Assembly: GCA_905233945.1 (NCBI GenBank)
Contig: CAJOFY010000003.1
Location: forward strand, 155 to 64,154
Length of the DNA: 64,000 nucleotides
Direction: 5' to 3'
DNA from: an uncultured bacterium
Lineage (GTDB): Bacteria; UBP6; UBA1177
The position numbers were made by a program, and so were the translations under genes. A model generated the notes under the pieces. That model was not told the DNA's origin and ran no database searches. It saw only the letters and a list, made by a program, of their open reading frames with translations. Shown piece after piece: positions 10,663 to 19,891 of the stretch. The stretch's first letter is position 1, and each line of letters opens with the position of its first letter.

Positions 10663-11672
10663 GAACTCTTTTTTACTGCCTTGACTCTGTCTGCGATTTT
10701 TTTCGTAAAATTGCGCTCGGAGTAGCGTTTTAATCTCAAAATAGCGTTTTTGAATGCCTTTTTGTCGCTTCTGCCGTGGCCGATCCCGACAAAGTGGTTG
10801 ATCCCGAGCAGAAACGCCGTCCCGTAAAGGTTATACTGGAAATTTCTGAAAACCTCACCGAAAACTCTGTTGAAGACAAATGTCTGCACTTTGGCAAGCT
10901 GCGGCGGAGCGATCTTCGCCTTGATGAGCTGCGAAATCGTTTCTGTCAGGCCTTCGACAGTTTTCAGCGCTACATTTCCGGTGAAAGCGTCCGTTACGAC
11001 GACATCGGTTTCAGGATGCGAAAAAAGGATGTTGCTCTCGATGAAACCTTTGTAATTCAGCGGAGATTCCTTAAACATTTCAGCAGCTTCCGCGATTTTT
11101 TTGCTCCCTTTCCCTTCTTCTGTGCCGACATTCAGGATCGAAATCCTCGAATCCTCCAAACCGGTCATGAAAAAGCGGTAAGCTTCACCCAGGACGCCGA
11201 AATCAAAAAGGTTTTCCGACTTCGGGTCGAGAGTCGCGCCGAGATCCAGAATTATAAGTTTGTGCTTGTCGACAGAAGGATAGCTCGTTGCCAGAGCGGG
11301 GCGAGAGATATTCGGGATAACTCCGCTTTTGAAGTATGCCGCAGTCACAATCGCTCCGGTATTTCCCGCTGAAAAAAAGGCGTCGCCTTTGCCCTGAACT
11401 AAAAGATCAAGCGCGATGTGAACCGAAGAATTTCCTTTATTCCGGAAAGCAAGCGATGGAGTTTCTCCCATTTCGATGCTTTCACCGGCATCAATAATTT
11501 CAAGGTTTTCGGGGATTTTCACGTCGTCCAGGCAGTCGCGTATCAGGTTTTTGGAACCGACAAGCAGAACTTTGATGTCAGGATTTTCGTTGCAGACTTC
11601 TAAGGATGAAAAAACGGGAACAACAGGAGCGTTGTCCCCGCCCATAGCATCAACAATGACAGTTGATGTCAT
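10659..11672 (-). CDS. plsX: Phosphate acyltransferase PlsX
   Basis: VDAMGGDNAP, SAGNTGA, LNVGTEEGKG, GNVALK; yceD-rpmF-plsX order. Confidence 0.95.
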   Translation of the reverse strand: MTSTVIVDAMGGDNAPVVPVFSSLEVCNENPDIKVLLVGSKNLIRDCLDDVKIPENLEIIDAGESIEMGETPSLAFRNKGNSSVHIALDLLVQGKGDAFFSAGNTGAIVTAAYFKSGVIPNISRPALATSYPSVDKHKLIILDLGATLDPKSENLFDFGVLGEAYRFFMTGLEDSRISILNVGTEEGKGSKKIAEAAEMFKESPLNYKGFIESNILFSHPETDVVVTDAFTGNVALKTVEGLTETISQLIKAKIAPPQLAKVQTFVFNRVFGEVFRNFQYNLYGTAFLLGINHFVGIGHGRSDKKAFKNAILRLKRYSERNFTKKIADRVKAVKKSS

Positions 11673-11678
11673 TTAAAC

Positions 11679-11861
11679 CTATTGTTCGGAAACAGAGATT
11701 ATCTCTTTGCCTTTATAGTTGCCGCAGCTCGGGCAGATACGGTGCGGAAGCATCGGTTCGCCGCATTTCGGGCAAGCAATAGTAGCCATCGGGTTTGATT
11801 TAAGGTGTCCGCCTCTTCTTTTTTTCGAGCGTGCTGAGCAGTGTTTTCTCTTTGGAACCAT
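11679..11861 (-). CDS. rpmF: 50S ribosomal protein L32
   Basis: VPKRKHC...CPKCG...PHRICPSCG. Confidence 0.95.
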   Translation of the reverse strand: MVPKRKHCSARSKKRRGGHLKSNPMATIACPKCGEPMLPHRICPSCGNYKGKEIISVSEQ

Positions 11862-11880
11862 TGAATCCTCCTAAATTAGT

Positions 11881-12318
11881 TTATTCGCCGGATCTGTCGC
11901 AGCCGCAGTCTCCGAGATTGAGGTCTGCGCCGCACTTTGAGCAGAGGCCTTTGCAATCCTCGCTGCAAAGCACTTTCCCCGGCATGTTCATAACAAGTGT
12001 TTCTCTGACGAAATCGTCAAGCTCTATCTCGTCGCCTGAGTAAAAATAGTCGACATCGGGCGTGTTTTCGGGAAAAAGATAGTAGGTTTCATCCAGATCC
12101 ATATCAAGTTCCAGATCCGCAAGACATCTGTCGCACGCAGTCAGGACCGTAGCATTTCCGAAAAATCTGAGGCAGATAGTTTCGGCGGCGCGGTAAAATT
12201 CGACTTTGAGCGAGACATTTTTTATTTTGGCGCTTTCTCCGAGCTCGTCTCCCGCGATGTTGTATTCAACATTTCGAGTAACCTTCGACTCGGTGATTTC
12301 ACTAAGATAAAGCAACAT
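11881..12318 (-). CDS. YceD/DUF177 family protein
   Basis: CDRCL and LCSEDCKGLCSKCGADLN motifs; upstream of rpmF. Confidence 0.9.
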   Translation of the reverse strand: MLLYLSEITESKVTRNVEYNIAGDELGESAKIKNVSLKVEFYRAAETICLRFFGNATVLTACDRCLADLELDMDLDETYYLFPENTPDVDYFYSGDEIELDDFVRETLVMNMPGKVLCSEDCKGLCSKCGADLNLGDCGCDRSGE

Positions 12319-12492
12319 TTCAACCACCAAAAAAATAACTGCGCGAATATACTCGTAAAAGTTAAAATGTCAAGGTAAATCTTTCATCGAAGGGCTTTGC
12401 AGCATATAAAATATGATTTTTTAAGAATCGGATTATAATTTCCCGCTTTTCCGGAAAAACGAAAAGCTGGACATTAAAAAGAGGTCGAAAAT

Positions 12493-14313
12493 TTGAAAGT
12501 CAAATCGATTTTTCAGAAATTTAACAAATTGAATTTGCTGGCTTTTTTCATATACTTTCTTTTTTTCGCACTTCTGTTTCTACAACTTCCGCTGAGGAAG
12601 GAAATTTCCGGCAACTGTGATTCGTGGCTTGCACTCACCTACTCCGCGCACAATCTGGAGGTTTTGAAATCGTTTTTTACCGGAGAAGCTGCCGGCATGG
12701 CAATGTTTCCGGCTGAAAATCCGCTCGCTTACGGCGAATCGGCGCCGGGAATGCAGCTACTAATCATGCTGCTTAAATCTTTAGGACTCACCGATTACTG
12801 GGCAAATTTCTGGTTTATCACTGTACTTCTAGCACTCACCGCTTTCGGAATTTTCATATTTTCCGGCAATTTTACCCGCTTTTTTCCGGCACGGCTTTTC
12901 ACCGGCTTCTGTTTTGCCTGCAACAATATGGTTTTCGCCCATATAGACGATTCAGTTATAATTTTCTTTTTTATTCCTGCCCTCGCTCTTCATCTGATAT
13001 GCCGTTACTTCGAGGAAAATAAAAGGAAACATTTAATAATTTCGAGTATTCTAGCCGGAATAGAAGTTTATTTTTCGTTTTATGTATTTTTTTATCAGTT
13101 TGTGATGATTTTTGTCCTTTTCGCTTATCTTGCGAAAAAAAACGGACTGAATCCGCGTAATGCGGCAAAAAATATAGCTCTTTATTCTGCGACTGCTTTT
13201 GTTGTAGCCTCACCTGACTTTTTTTACTATCTCAACACTCTATACAACCTTGATTTTGTTCCGGTTTTTGAGGCTTTCTACACGGCGAAAATGGCAAGTT
13301 TCAGCATTGTCGATATGCTACTTGTTCTTCCGGACAACCTGATTTACCCGAATATCGGCAAATTTTTCGGGTTCCCTATGAACTGGGGATTTGTCCGGCA
13401 CTACAATTTCACAGGACTTCTCCTCGCAACTCTTTTTGTCTATTCACTCTTCAAGTGGAACAGTAAAAACCGTGTACTTTTCGCGCTGCTGGCCGCAGCC
13501 GGCATATTTTTCGCCTGCGGACCGGTCTTCATGTTCGGGATGAAAGAGATTTTTTACTCGCCGCTCTACATTTTTTACAAACCGGTTCCTGTTTTAAAGT
13601 TTCTCCGTGTCGCCTGCCGGGCGCACTTCATATTTTTGTTCGCAGCCTCCGTCGCAGCAGCTCTTTCATTTGAAAGATTGTGCCTCAAAACAAAACATCA
13701 AAACATTGTAATCATTGCATTTTTTATTGTTCATTTTATCGAAAGCACTCCTTTTCCGCTTAAAGGCTTTGACGCTTTAATCACTGAAAAAGTTCCAGAA
13801 ATATACGAAACAGCACGGCAACAGAATATCAGCCGCCCTCTTATTCTTGAGCTTCCGGCTGAGATGAAAATCGAATTTCCAGTTGAAAAAATGGGTAAAT
13901 TCGCCGATCCTAAGGATTTTGTCACAAAAAAAGAGTCAAATCCGCAGCTCGAAGTGGTAAACATCGGAATGTTCGTTGACTCATGGGACGATATTTTTCA
14001 GTATAACCGTGAAATTATTTACACAAACTGGCAGAATAGACACAAAATCGATTCAATAAACGGCGTGAACGGCTACTTCCCGACACCACGCATGATTTTT
14101 CAGTTCCACATCAACAGCCTCCCTTCGCCCGAAGCTTTCACTTTTCTGCGGAAATCTGGGGTAAATTACATCATTTGGCACGAATTTATGAAAATAAAAG
14201 CTGACAAACTCTCCCTTGCCGACCTCGAAAAATCGCCGTGCCTCAGAAAAATCACCAAAAACAATGAGGGAAGCGTACTATTCAAACTTATAGAGTGCAA
14301 AAAGAGACACTGA
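12493..14313 (+). CDS. Multi-pass membrane protein, probable GT-C fold glycosyltransferase (YfhO-like)
   Basis: About 12 transmembrane segments; FLRVACR, ILELP, INGVNGYFP, GVNYIIWH motifs resemble GT-C proteins. Confidence 0.55.
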   Translation: MKVKSIFQKFNKLNLLAFFIYFLFFALLFLQLPLRKEISGNCDSWLALTYSAHNLEVLKSFFTGEAAGMAMFPAENPLAYGESAPGMQLLIMLLKSLGLTDYWANFWFITVLLALTAFGIFIFSGNFTRFFPARLFTGFCFACNNMVFAHIDDSVIIFFFIPALALHLICRYFEENKRKHLIISSILAGIEVYFSFYVFFYQFVMIFVLFAYLAKKNGLNPRNAAKNIALYSATAFVVASPDFFYYLNTLYNLDFVPVFEAFYTAKMASFSIVDMLLVLPDNLIYPNIGKFFGFPMNWGFVRHYNFTGLLLATLFVYSLFKWNSKNRVLFALLAAAGIFFACGPVFMFGMKEIFYSPLYIFYKPVPVLKFLRVACRAHFIFLFAASVAAALSFERLCLKTKHQNIVIIAFFIVHFIESTPFPLKGFDALITEKVPEIYETARQQNISRPLILELPAEMKIEFPVEKMGKFADPKDFVTKKESNPQLEVVNIGMFVDSWDDIFQYNREIIYTNWQNRHKIDSINGVNGYFPTPRMIFQFHINSLPSPEAFTFLRKSGVNYIIWHEFMKIKADKLSLADLEKSPCLRKITKNNEGSVLFKLIECKKRH

Positions 14314-14316
14314 AAA

Positions 14317-14332
14317 TGTTTCACGTGAAACC
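14317..14332. promoter_or_regulatory. parS site (1 mismatch), intergenic
   Basis: TGTTTCACGTGAAACC between convergent genes. Confidence 0.85.
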
Positions 14333-14364
14333 TTATGCGCCAGAAACACAGAAAATCAGTGTTT

Positions 14365-14871
14365 TCAGCGTTTTTTTCTCAAAAATTCGCGCAGAAAAAA
14401 ACAGGATCCTGAAAAAAGAATAATAAGATAATAGAGATAAACATATCCGTATATTTGCGATATTTCGACAGTGTATCTCGCTCTCCAGTATCCCGAAACT
14501 AGCCCCGCCTTTTCGATAGCAAGCGAAAACAAATTCAGTACGGCGAGAGAAACGGCAAAAACAAGCAGCGAAACGCGCCTGTCTGCAGCCAATTTTGATA
14601 TTTTCATGGCCGCAATGTTGACAATGCAGCAGTAAAAAACGCTCAGAAGAATTATTGCAACCGGAAATGCGAACCCCGGGAAAAAGAGAACCGACGCGGG
14701 ATAGTATGTGCCATGACCAGAGAAAACACGTTCGTTGACGACTTCCAATGCGGTTGAAGCGGCTGCCGGCGCAATAACCGGCAGAAACATCCGTTTTGAA
14801 ACCAAAAAGTAAAAAACAGCGGGGATTGTCACCGCAAAAATCAAAGTTTCTATCAAAACATACGGGGCCAT
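14365..14871 (-). CDS. Hypothetical membrane protein
   Basis: 168-aa hydrophobic ORF immediately downstream of the methyltransferase gene. Confidence 0.7.
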   Translation of the reverse strand: MAPYVLIETLIFAVTIPAVFYFLVSKRMFLPVIAPAAASTALEVVNERVFSGHGTYYPASVLFFPGFAFPVAIILLSVFYCCIVNIAAMKISKLAADRRVSLLVFAVSLAVLNLFSLAIEKAGLVSGYWRARYTVEISQIYGYVYLYYLIILFSGSCFFLREFLRKKR

Positions 14872-14877
14872 TTTTCC

Positions 14878-15972
14878 TCAGAAATTTCTTCTCAAAACAG
14901 CAAAAATTTCAAAGTGCGGAGTATCCGGAAAAAGATCCAGAAGATAGAGTTTTTTCACATAAAATCCTTTTTCAAAAAAGGTTTTGAGATCTCTCACCAG
15001 ATTGGGAGGCTCACACGCAATATAAACAATGGTGTCTGCCGCACCGCAGACAAGCTCTGAAAGTTTTTTTCCGAGTCCTTCCCTCGGAGGATCCGCTACA
15101 ACAATATCCGTTTTTTCAAGTTTTTGCAGTTTGTATGCGTCAATTTTCACGATTTTCGCCCTGTCACCCAGATTGTCGGCAAAACTTGCGCACGAATCGG
15201 GAACGATTTCATAACCTGTTGTTTTTATTCCTTTATCGGCAAGAAAAAGAGAAAAAAGTCCGCTTCCGCAGAACAGATCTGCCGCTGTACCGGCACCTGT
15301 TTCTTCAACTTCCCGCATAAGAAGTTCCGCCATGATGCTTGCCCCTTCCTCCGACGACTGAAAAAAACAGTTTTCCCTGATTTTTATGATTTTGCCGTTC
15401 ACAGACTTTTCCAGCACTTTTGTTCCAGGCATGAATCCGCCTGTGATTTTCGAATATTCATACTGGATATTTCCACGCCTTTTCGCTATATCAGCTTTGA
15501 TTTTTTCAAAAAAAACAGGGTCAAGGAGCGGACATTCTTTAATTTCAACAAGGTCATTGCTCCTTTTTTTGCGATAAGCGGGTTTTCCTTTCAGCGCGAA
15601 AAATTTCGCCCGCGTCCGCATTCCGAGCTCTCCCGGAGTTATTACAACCGGCTCTGTTCCGAGAGAGATTCTGTTCTGCTTCAAAAGTTCAGTAAAAACT
15701 GCTTTTTTGACTTTCAGCTGCGCAGGATACGAAAGGTGCTGAAGCGAACATCCGCCGCAAATCCCGTAGTGAGGGCATAGCGGCTTTCTGCGTTCGGGCG
15801 AGGCTTCAATAAGCTCAAAATCTTCAACATAAAAAAAACTTTTTTCCTTAACAGCGCTTTTTACCTCAACAATCTCGCCGGGGCATGAAAACGGCACAAA
15901 AAAAGTCTTTCCTTCAGCCCAGCCGATTCCGCAGCCGTTTGAAATTATTTTAGCTATCTCAACTTTTGCCAT
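14878..15972 (-). CDS. RNA (uracil-5)-methyltransferase, RlmD/TrmA family
   Basis: TRAM domain, CPHYGICGGC FeS motif, FFQ, DLFCGSG, DPPREG, YIAC, DLFPDTPHFE. Confidence 0.9.
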   Translation of the reverse strand: MAKVEIAKIISNGCGIGWAEGKTFFVPFSCPGEIVEVKSAVKEKSFFYVEDFELIEASPERRKPLCPHYGICGGCSLQHLSYPAQLKVKKAVFTELLKQNRISLGTEPVVITPGELGMRTRAKFFALKGKPAYRKKRSNDLVEIKECPLLDPVFFEKIKADIAKRRGNIQYEYSKITGGFMPGTKVLEKSVNGKIIKIRENCFFQSSEEGASIMAELLMREVEETGAGTAADLFCGSGLFSLFLADKGIKTTGYEIVPDSCASFADNLGDRAKIVKIDAYKLQKLEKTDIVVADPPREGLGKKLSELVCGAADTIVYIACEPPNLVRDLKTFFEKGFYVKKLYLLDLFPDTPHFEIFAVLRRNF

Positions 15973-16133
15973 AGCGCTTCCGCCCAAAAAACGGTATATT
16001 TTAACCATATTAAAAAAAAAGGCGAAAATCCTGACAGCAGGAGCGCAGAAAAAATAAATAACAAAAATCTTGTATTAACTTTTTGGAAAGTGCGCGTATA
16101 ATGCCGGACACACCATTTTTGAAGGGAAAAACC

Positions 16134-18473
16134 ATGAATTTAAAGGACAAACTCAGGAGGGAACTCGCAATGAGAAGAAGATTCCGTGATTCAAGAACTG
16201 TCAGCAAAATGAAAAATGTTTCGCGCGAAGACTGCATCTGCGCGGCCTACTATCTCTACTGCGTATCCGAACTTGACGAGGTCAGAAAATACCCGTCGGA
16301 TGATTCTGTGGAACTTTTCTGCAAACTGGCGACATTCTTCGGAAAAACAGCAGAAATTGCTGAATTTCTTGAGAAACATGTCAGATCGGCTGAGAAGACT
16401 AATCTCCTTGAACCAATTGCGGCTGACACGGAACGCTGTTTCGAGGATTCGAAAATCCCGTACGAATACCGCGAGGACCGCGATATTGAAAGAAATTTAA
16501 GGGATCCCGGTGTTCCCCTGACAAAAAATCTTGTAAACCTTTACCGCTGTTTTTGTGCCTCAGATGCAGAATACCGTTTTTTTGCAAGACTTATAGCCAA
16601 TTTCCTTCTCAGAAAAAGCCGCGCGGAAAACTTTTCTCTTCTTGAAAAAATCCCGGCTCATGTCGAAAAAGTTCTTTTTGACAAATCGCTCACCGGCTTT
16701 ATTTCGGATTCTGTCGATGTAACCGATTCTGAGCTCAGGTATCTCGCGTTGGGATACCGCTGTGCGGTTGTTCCGGCTTTGAACGGCATTCTTGACGATC
16801 TGTTCCACAGCGGAGTTTCAAAACAGGAGTTTGTGACCAAAGCTCTCGGCATAAGTTCACGTGAATACAGAGCCATTATCGATAAAAACGGCGCGCTTTA
16901 CTCGTTCGGCTTCATAAATGACTACGGAGAGATCGAAGACGAGACTGTCCGCAGCATCGAAACCAAAAGTCTTGAGCCTTTTTTCGCGGATTTTGTAAAA
17001 AACGAAGAATTTTCGGACACTTACGATCTTGACTCTTTCAATGTCGGCGACGATACGACCACGATAATGCAGGGGGCGCTAGCCGGAAAAGGAAGTTTTA
17101 TGTTCCTTCTGTACGGAAAACCGGGGAGCGGCAAGACAGAGTATGCAAAAGCGCTGGCTAAAGCGTCCGGACTCAGGACTTTTGTCTTCAAAAACGAGGA
17201 AGAATCCATGCACAACTCGGTCCTTTACCGCATGAACCTCTTTCTCAGCATAAACCATCCCGGTTCCGTGGTTGTCATCGATGAAGCCGACACGCTCCTG
17301 AAAACCATGGATTTAGGTTATTTAGGTCCTGTACCGTCGAGAAACAAAGGGATCATTAACAAAATGCTGGAAAACAATAAAAATAAAGTCATCTGGATCG
17401 TAAACCACACAAAACTGATAGACACTTCAACCAGACGCAGGTTTAATTTTTCCTGTAAATTCACGGCGATGCCGAAAGAACAGCTCAGAAAAATCGCTCA
17501 GTCGAAACTTGCCGTTCTCAATATCGACGAAAATCTCAGAACGAGAGTCCTCAAATCACTGGAAAAGTATAACGTTACCGGTTCTTCAGTCGATAATGTG
17601 GTAAAAACAATAGAGAATCTTGAGAGTATCGCCCCTGCGAAACTTGAAAGCTGTATCGATAAAATTTTCGATGCGAATTCGGCTCTTCTGTGCGAAGGGA
17701 TCAGAAAGTCTAAAATGCGCGGCAAAACGAAGTCAGGCTACGATCTGCACGCGCTCAACACTTCCGTAAGTCCCGATTCCATAGTCGAAATGATACAGAA
17801 CGCGGAAGAGTTCGCAAGATCGAACGACTCTGTGGAAAAAGGGATAAGGCTGCTTTTCTACGGGCTCAGCGGAACCGGAAAGACCGAGTTTGCCCGCTAT
17901 ATCGCCGAAAAACTCGACAAGAAGATCCTCATCAAACGCGCCTCCGATATCCTTGACAAGTATGTCGGCGGAACGGAGAAAAAAATCGCCGAGGCTTTCG
18001 AGGAGGCCGAAAAATCCAACAGCATTCTTCTGCTTGATGAAGCCGACTCGTTTTTCAGAAACAGGGAAAACGCTTTTCAAAGCTGGGAAGTCACTAAAGT
18101 CAACGAGTTTCTGACCCAGATGGAGGAGTTTGAGGGGATTTTCATCTGCACGACGAACCTGAGAAAGATCATGGATCCAGCGATGAACCGCCGTTTTCAC
18201 GCGATCGTCGAGTTCAAGCCGCTTGAGAGCGAGGGAATTGCTGCCCTTCTGAAAAGTTACTTCGGGAAATACGATTTCAGCGATTCCGATGTTTCGAAAA
18301 TAGCCGATTTCAACTCGGCGGCTCCCGGAGATTTCGGAGTTCTCGCCCAGAAACTGCGCTTTATGAAGCAGTCGGACATCGATTCGGCGTTCATAGTAGA
18401 AGAGCTCTGCCATATCCAGCGCGAGAAAGACAACGGCAACAGGAAAACCGGAAAAATAGGATACTGTGCATAA
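16134..18473 (+). CDS. Tandem (double) AAA+ ATPase
   Basis: Two Walker A motifs (YGKPGSGKT, YGLSGTGKT), two Walker B motifs (IDEAD, LDEAD), RRF arginine fingers, terminal KIGY. Confidence 0.9.
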   Translation: MNLKDKLRRELAMRRRFRDSRTVSKMKNVSREDCICAAYYLYCVSELDEVRKYPSDDSVELFCKLATFFGKTAEIAEFLEKHVRSAEKTNLLEPIAADTERCFEDSKIPYEYREDRDIERNLRDPGVPLTKNLVNLYRCFCASDAEYRFFARLIANFLLRKSRAENFSLLEKIPAHVEKVLFDKSLTGFISDSVDVTDSELRYLALGYRCAVVPALNGILDDLFHSGVSKQEFVTKALGISSREYRAIIDKNGALYSFGFINDYGEIEDETVRSIETKSLEPFFADFVKNEEFSDTYDLDSFNVGDDTTTIMQGALAGKGSFMFLLYGKPGSGKTEYAKALAKASGLRTFVFKNEEESMHNSVLYRMNLFLSINHPGSVVVIDEADTLLKTMDLGYLGPVPSRNKGIINKMLENNKNKVIWIVNHTKLIDTSTRRRFNFSCKFTAMPKEQLRKIAQSKLAVLNIDENLRTRVLKSLEKYNVTGSSVDNVVKTIENLESIAPAKLESCIDKIFDANSALLCEGIRKSKMRGKTKSGYDLHALNTSVSPDSIVEMIQNAEEFARSNDSVEKGIRLLFYGLSGTGKTEFARYIAEKLDKKILIKRASDILDKYVGGTEKKIAEAFEEAEKSNSILLLDEADSFFRNRENAFQSWEVTKVNEFLTQMEEFEGIFICTTNLRKIMDPAMNRRFHAIVEFKPLESEGIAALLKSYFGKYDFSDSDVSKIADFNSAAPGDFGVLAQKLRFMKQSDIDSAFIVEELCHIQREKDNGNRKTGKIGYCA

Positions 18474-18567
18474 AAACAAATAACAATTCAGAAAAATAGC
18501 GTTTTTCTGCATTTATCGTAACATCTTGAGTTTTTTGATGTTTTTACTTCGTATGGGGAGACTTGAA

Positions 18568-19719
18568 ATGAGTAAGTATAATTTCAAAAAGTTGCTTGAC
18601 GAGTTAAATGATGCTGACTCTGTGACAATGGATTTTAAACAAATTCAAGAGTTGCTCAACATTGATGAGTTGTGTTCCAGCGCAAAAAACTACCAGGCAT
18701 GGTGGAGCAGTAATTTGTCTTATGCGGGATATACCGCCACACCCGATTCAAAAAACGAAAAAATTACATTTAAAAAAGCAAAAACACCCTCTCAAAACAG
18801 TTCTTCTACGACCAATAATGGCAAAGGCAAAAATCCAAGCAACAACAAGACTCCTAAAAAACTAACCAAAGAGGAGATTGAAAAATTCAGAAGTGAAATT
18901 AATGATTTTTTGCGCGAAACCAAGGCCGATAATATAATACGTTACTACATGAAGACAGACCTTGCCACAATGACAGACATGCCTTTTTACGATTGTAATG
19001 ACGAAGATCGTGATACAAAACCAGAAAATAAAAAAAACGTGGTGGATATTGTCTCTGAGTATTGTGAGTTGTTAGGATCGAAAAAAAAGGATTTTCAGAA
19101 AAAATTACTGTACTGGCTCTCTAAACAACAAAATCAATCCATGAGAAAGTTGTCAAAACAATTAAACAACGGAATTTGGGAACACCCTATTCCTTTGAAG
19201 TATACCAGGGAATTTTTGTTAAAGCGTATTGATAAAGGGGAGTTTGATATTATCAAAGAATATCTAAAATTTATCAATGAAAACGCTCCACAGATTTTCC
19301 TAACAAACGAACATAACAAAATAGTAAACAAAAAATTCAAAGACAAAATGCCAGACGATTGGGACTGGAAAACCGATAACCCGTTTGCCCGCTATATAGA
19401 AGCTGGAATTTTTGATGAATTGAAATTGAAGTTAAATATCATCGATTATAAGGCAACTCAAAAATTGAATTCAAACTGGATCAAGGACAATTCCTCTTCG
19501 CATTATTTTAACGAGTCGGAACAAAAAGGGTTCATACTTCTTGAGGATTCGGTTACAGAAATTGGTGACAGGGCATTCGAGAATTGCAGCCACCTGACAT
19601 CAATAACTATTTCAAAATTCGTTACAGAAATTGGTAACGAGACATTCAAAGGTTGCACCAATCTTTCCGAAGAAACCAAAGAACTGCTCATGCGCAAGCA
19701 TAATTATACCGACTTTTAA
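18568..19719 (+). CDS. Multidomain protein: DUF7662-like N-terminus, putative HNH-like domain, two BspA-type LRRs
   Basis: SKY...AWWSSN...AGY...ITFK; WEHPIP...KMPDDWDW...NPFARYIEAGI; VTEIGDRAFENC and VTEIGNETFKGC. Confidence 0.6.
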   Translation: MSKYNFKKLLDELNDADSVTMDFKQIQELLNIDELCSSAKNYQAWWSSNLSYAGYTATPDSKNEKITFKKAKTPSQNSSSTTNNGKGKNPSNNKTPKKLTKEEIEKFRSEINDFLRETKADNIIRYYMKTDLATMTDMPFYDCNDEDRDTKPENKKNVVDIVSEYCELLGSKKKDFQKKLLYWLSKQQNQSMRKLSKQLNNGIWEHPIPLKYTREFLLKRIDKGEFDIIKEYLKFINENAPQIFLTNEHNKIVNKKFKDKMPDDWDWKTDNPFARYIEAGIFDELKLKLNIIDYKATQKLNSNWIKDNSSSHYFNESEQKGFILLEDSVTEIGDRAFENCSHLTSITISKFVTEIGNETFKGCTNLSEETKELLMRKHNYTDF

Positions 19720-19744
19720 AACAGCGATCATCGTAGTCGTACCC

Positions 19745-19800
19745 TACTTTAAGATTTTTCGCAAAACCGCAAAATGTTTAAATAGTACTTTAAGATTTTT
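19745..19800. repeat. 15-bp direct repeat pair
   Basis: TACTTTAAGATTTTT at 19745-19759 and 19786-19800. Confidence 0.8.
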
Positions 19801-19831
19801 TCCGATGAATGAACTCGGATAACAAAAAATC

Positions 19832-19860
19832 TTGCCGATGTGACTTTATTCCGCTATAAC
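19832..19860 (+). promoter_or_regulatory. Sigma70-type promoter of the MFS gene
   Basis: TTGCCG-17 bp-TATAAC. Confidence 0.55.
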
Positions 19861-19891
19861 GCTAAGGATTTGTTTTTATTGCGAGGTTGAT

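Noticed and set aside
16217-16232. TGTTTCGCGCGAAGAC, parS-like (VSRED)
   Set aside because: It has five mismatches, including in the core.
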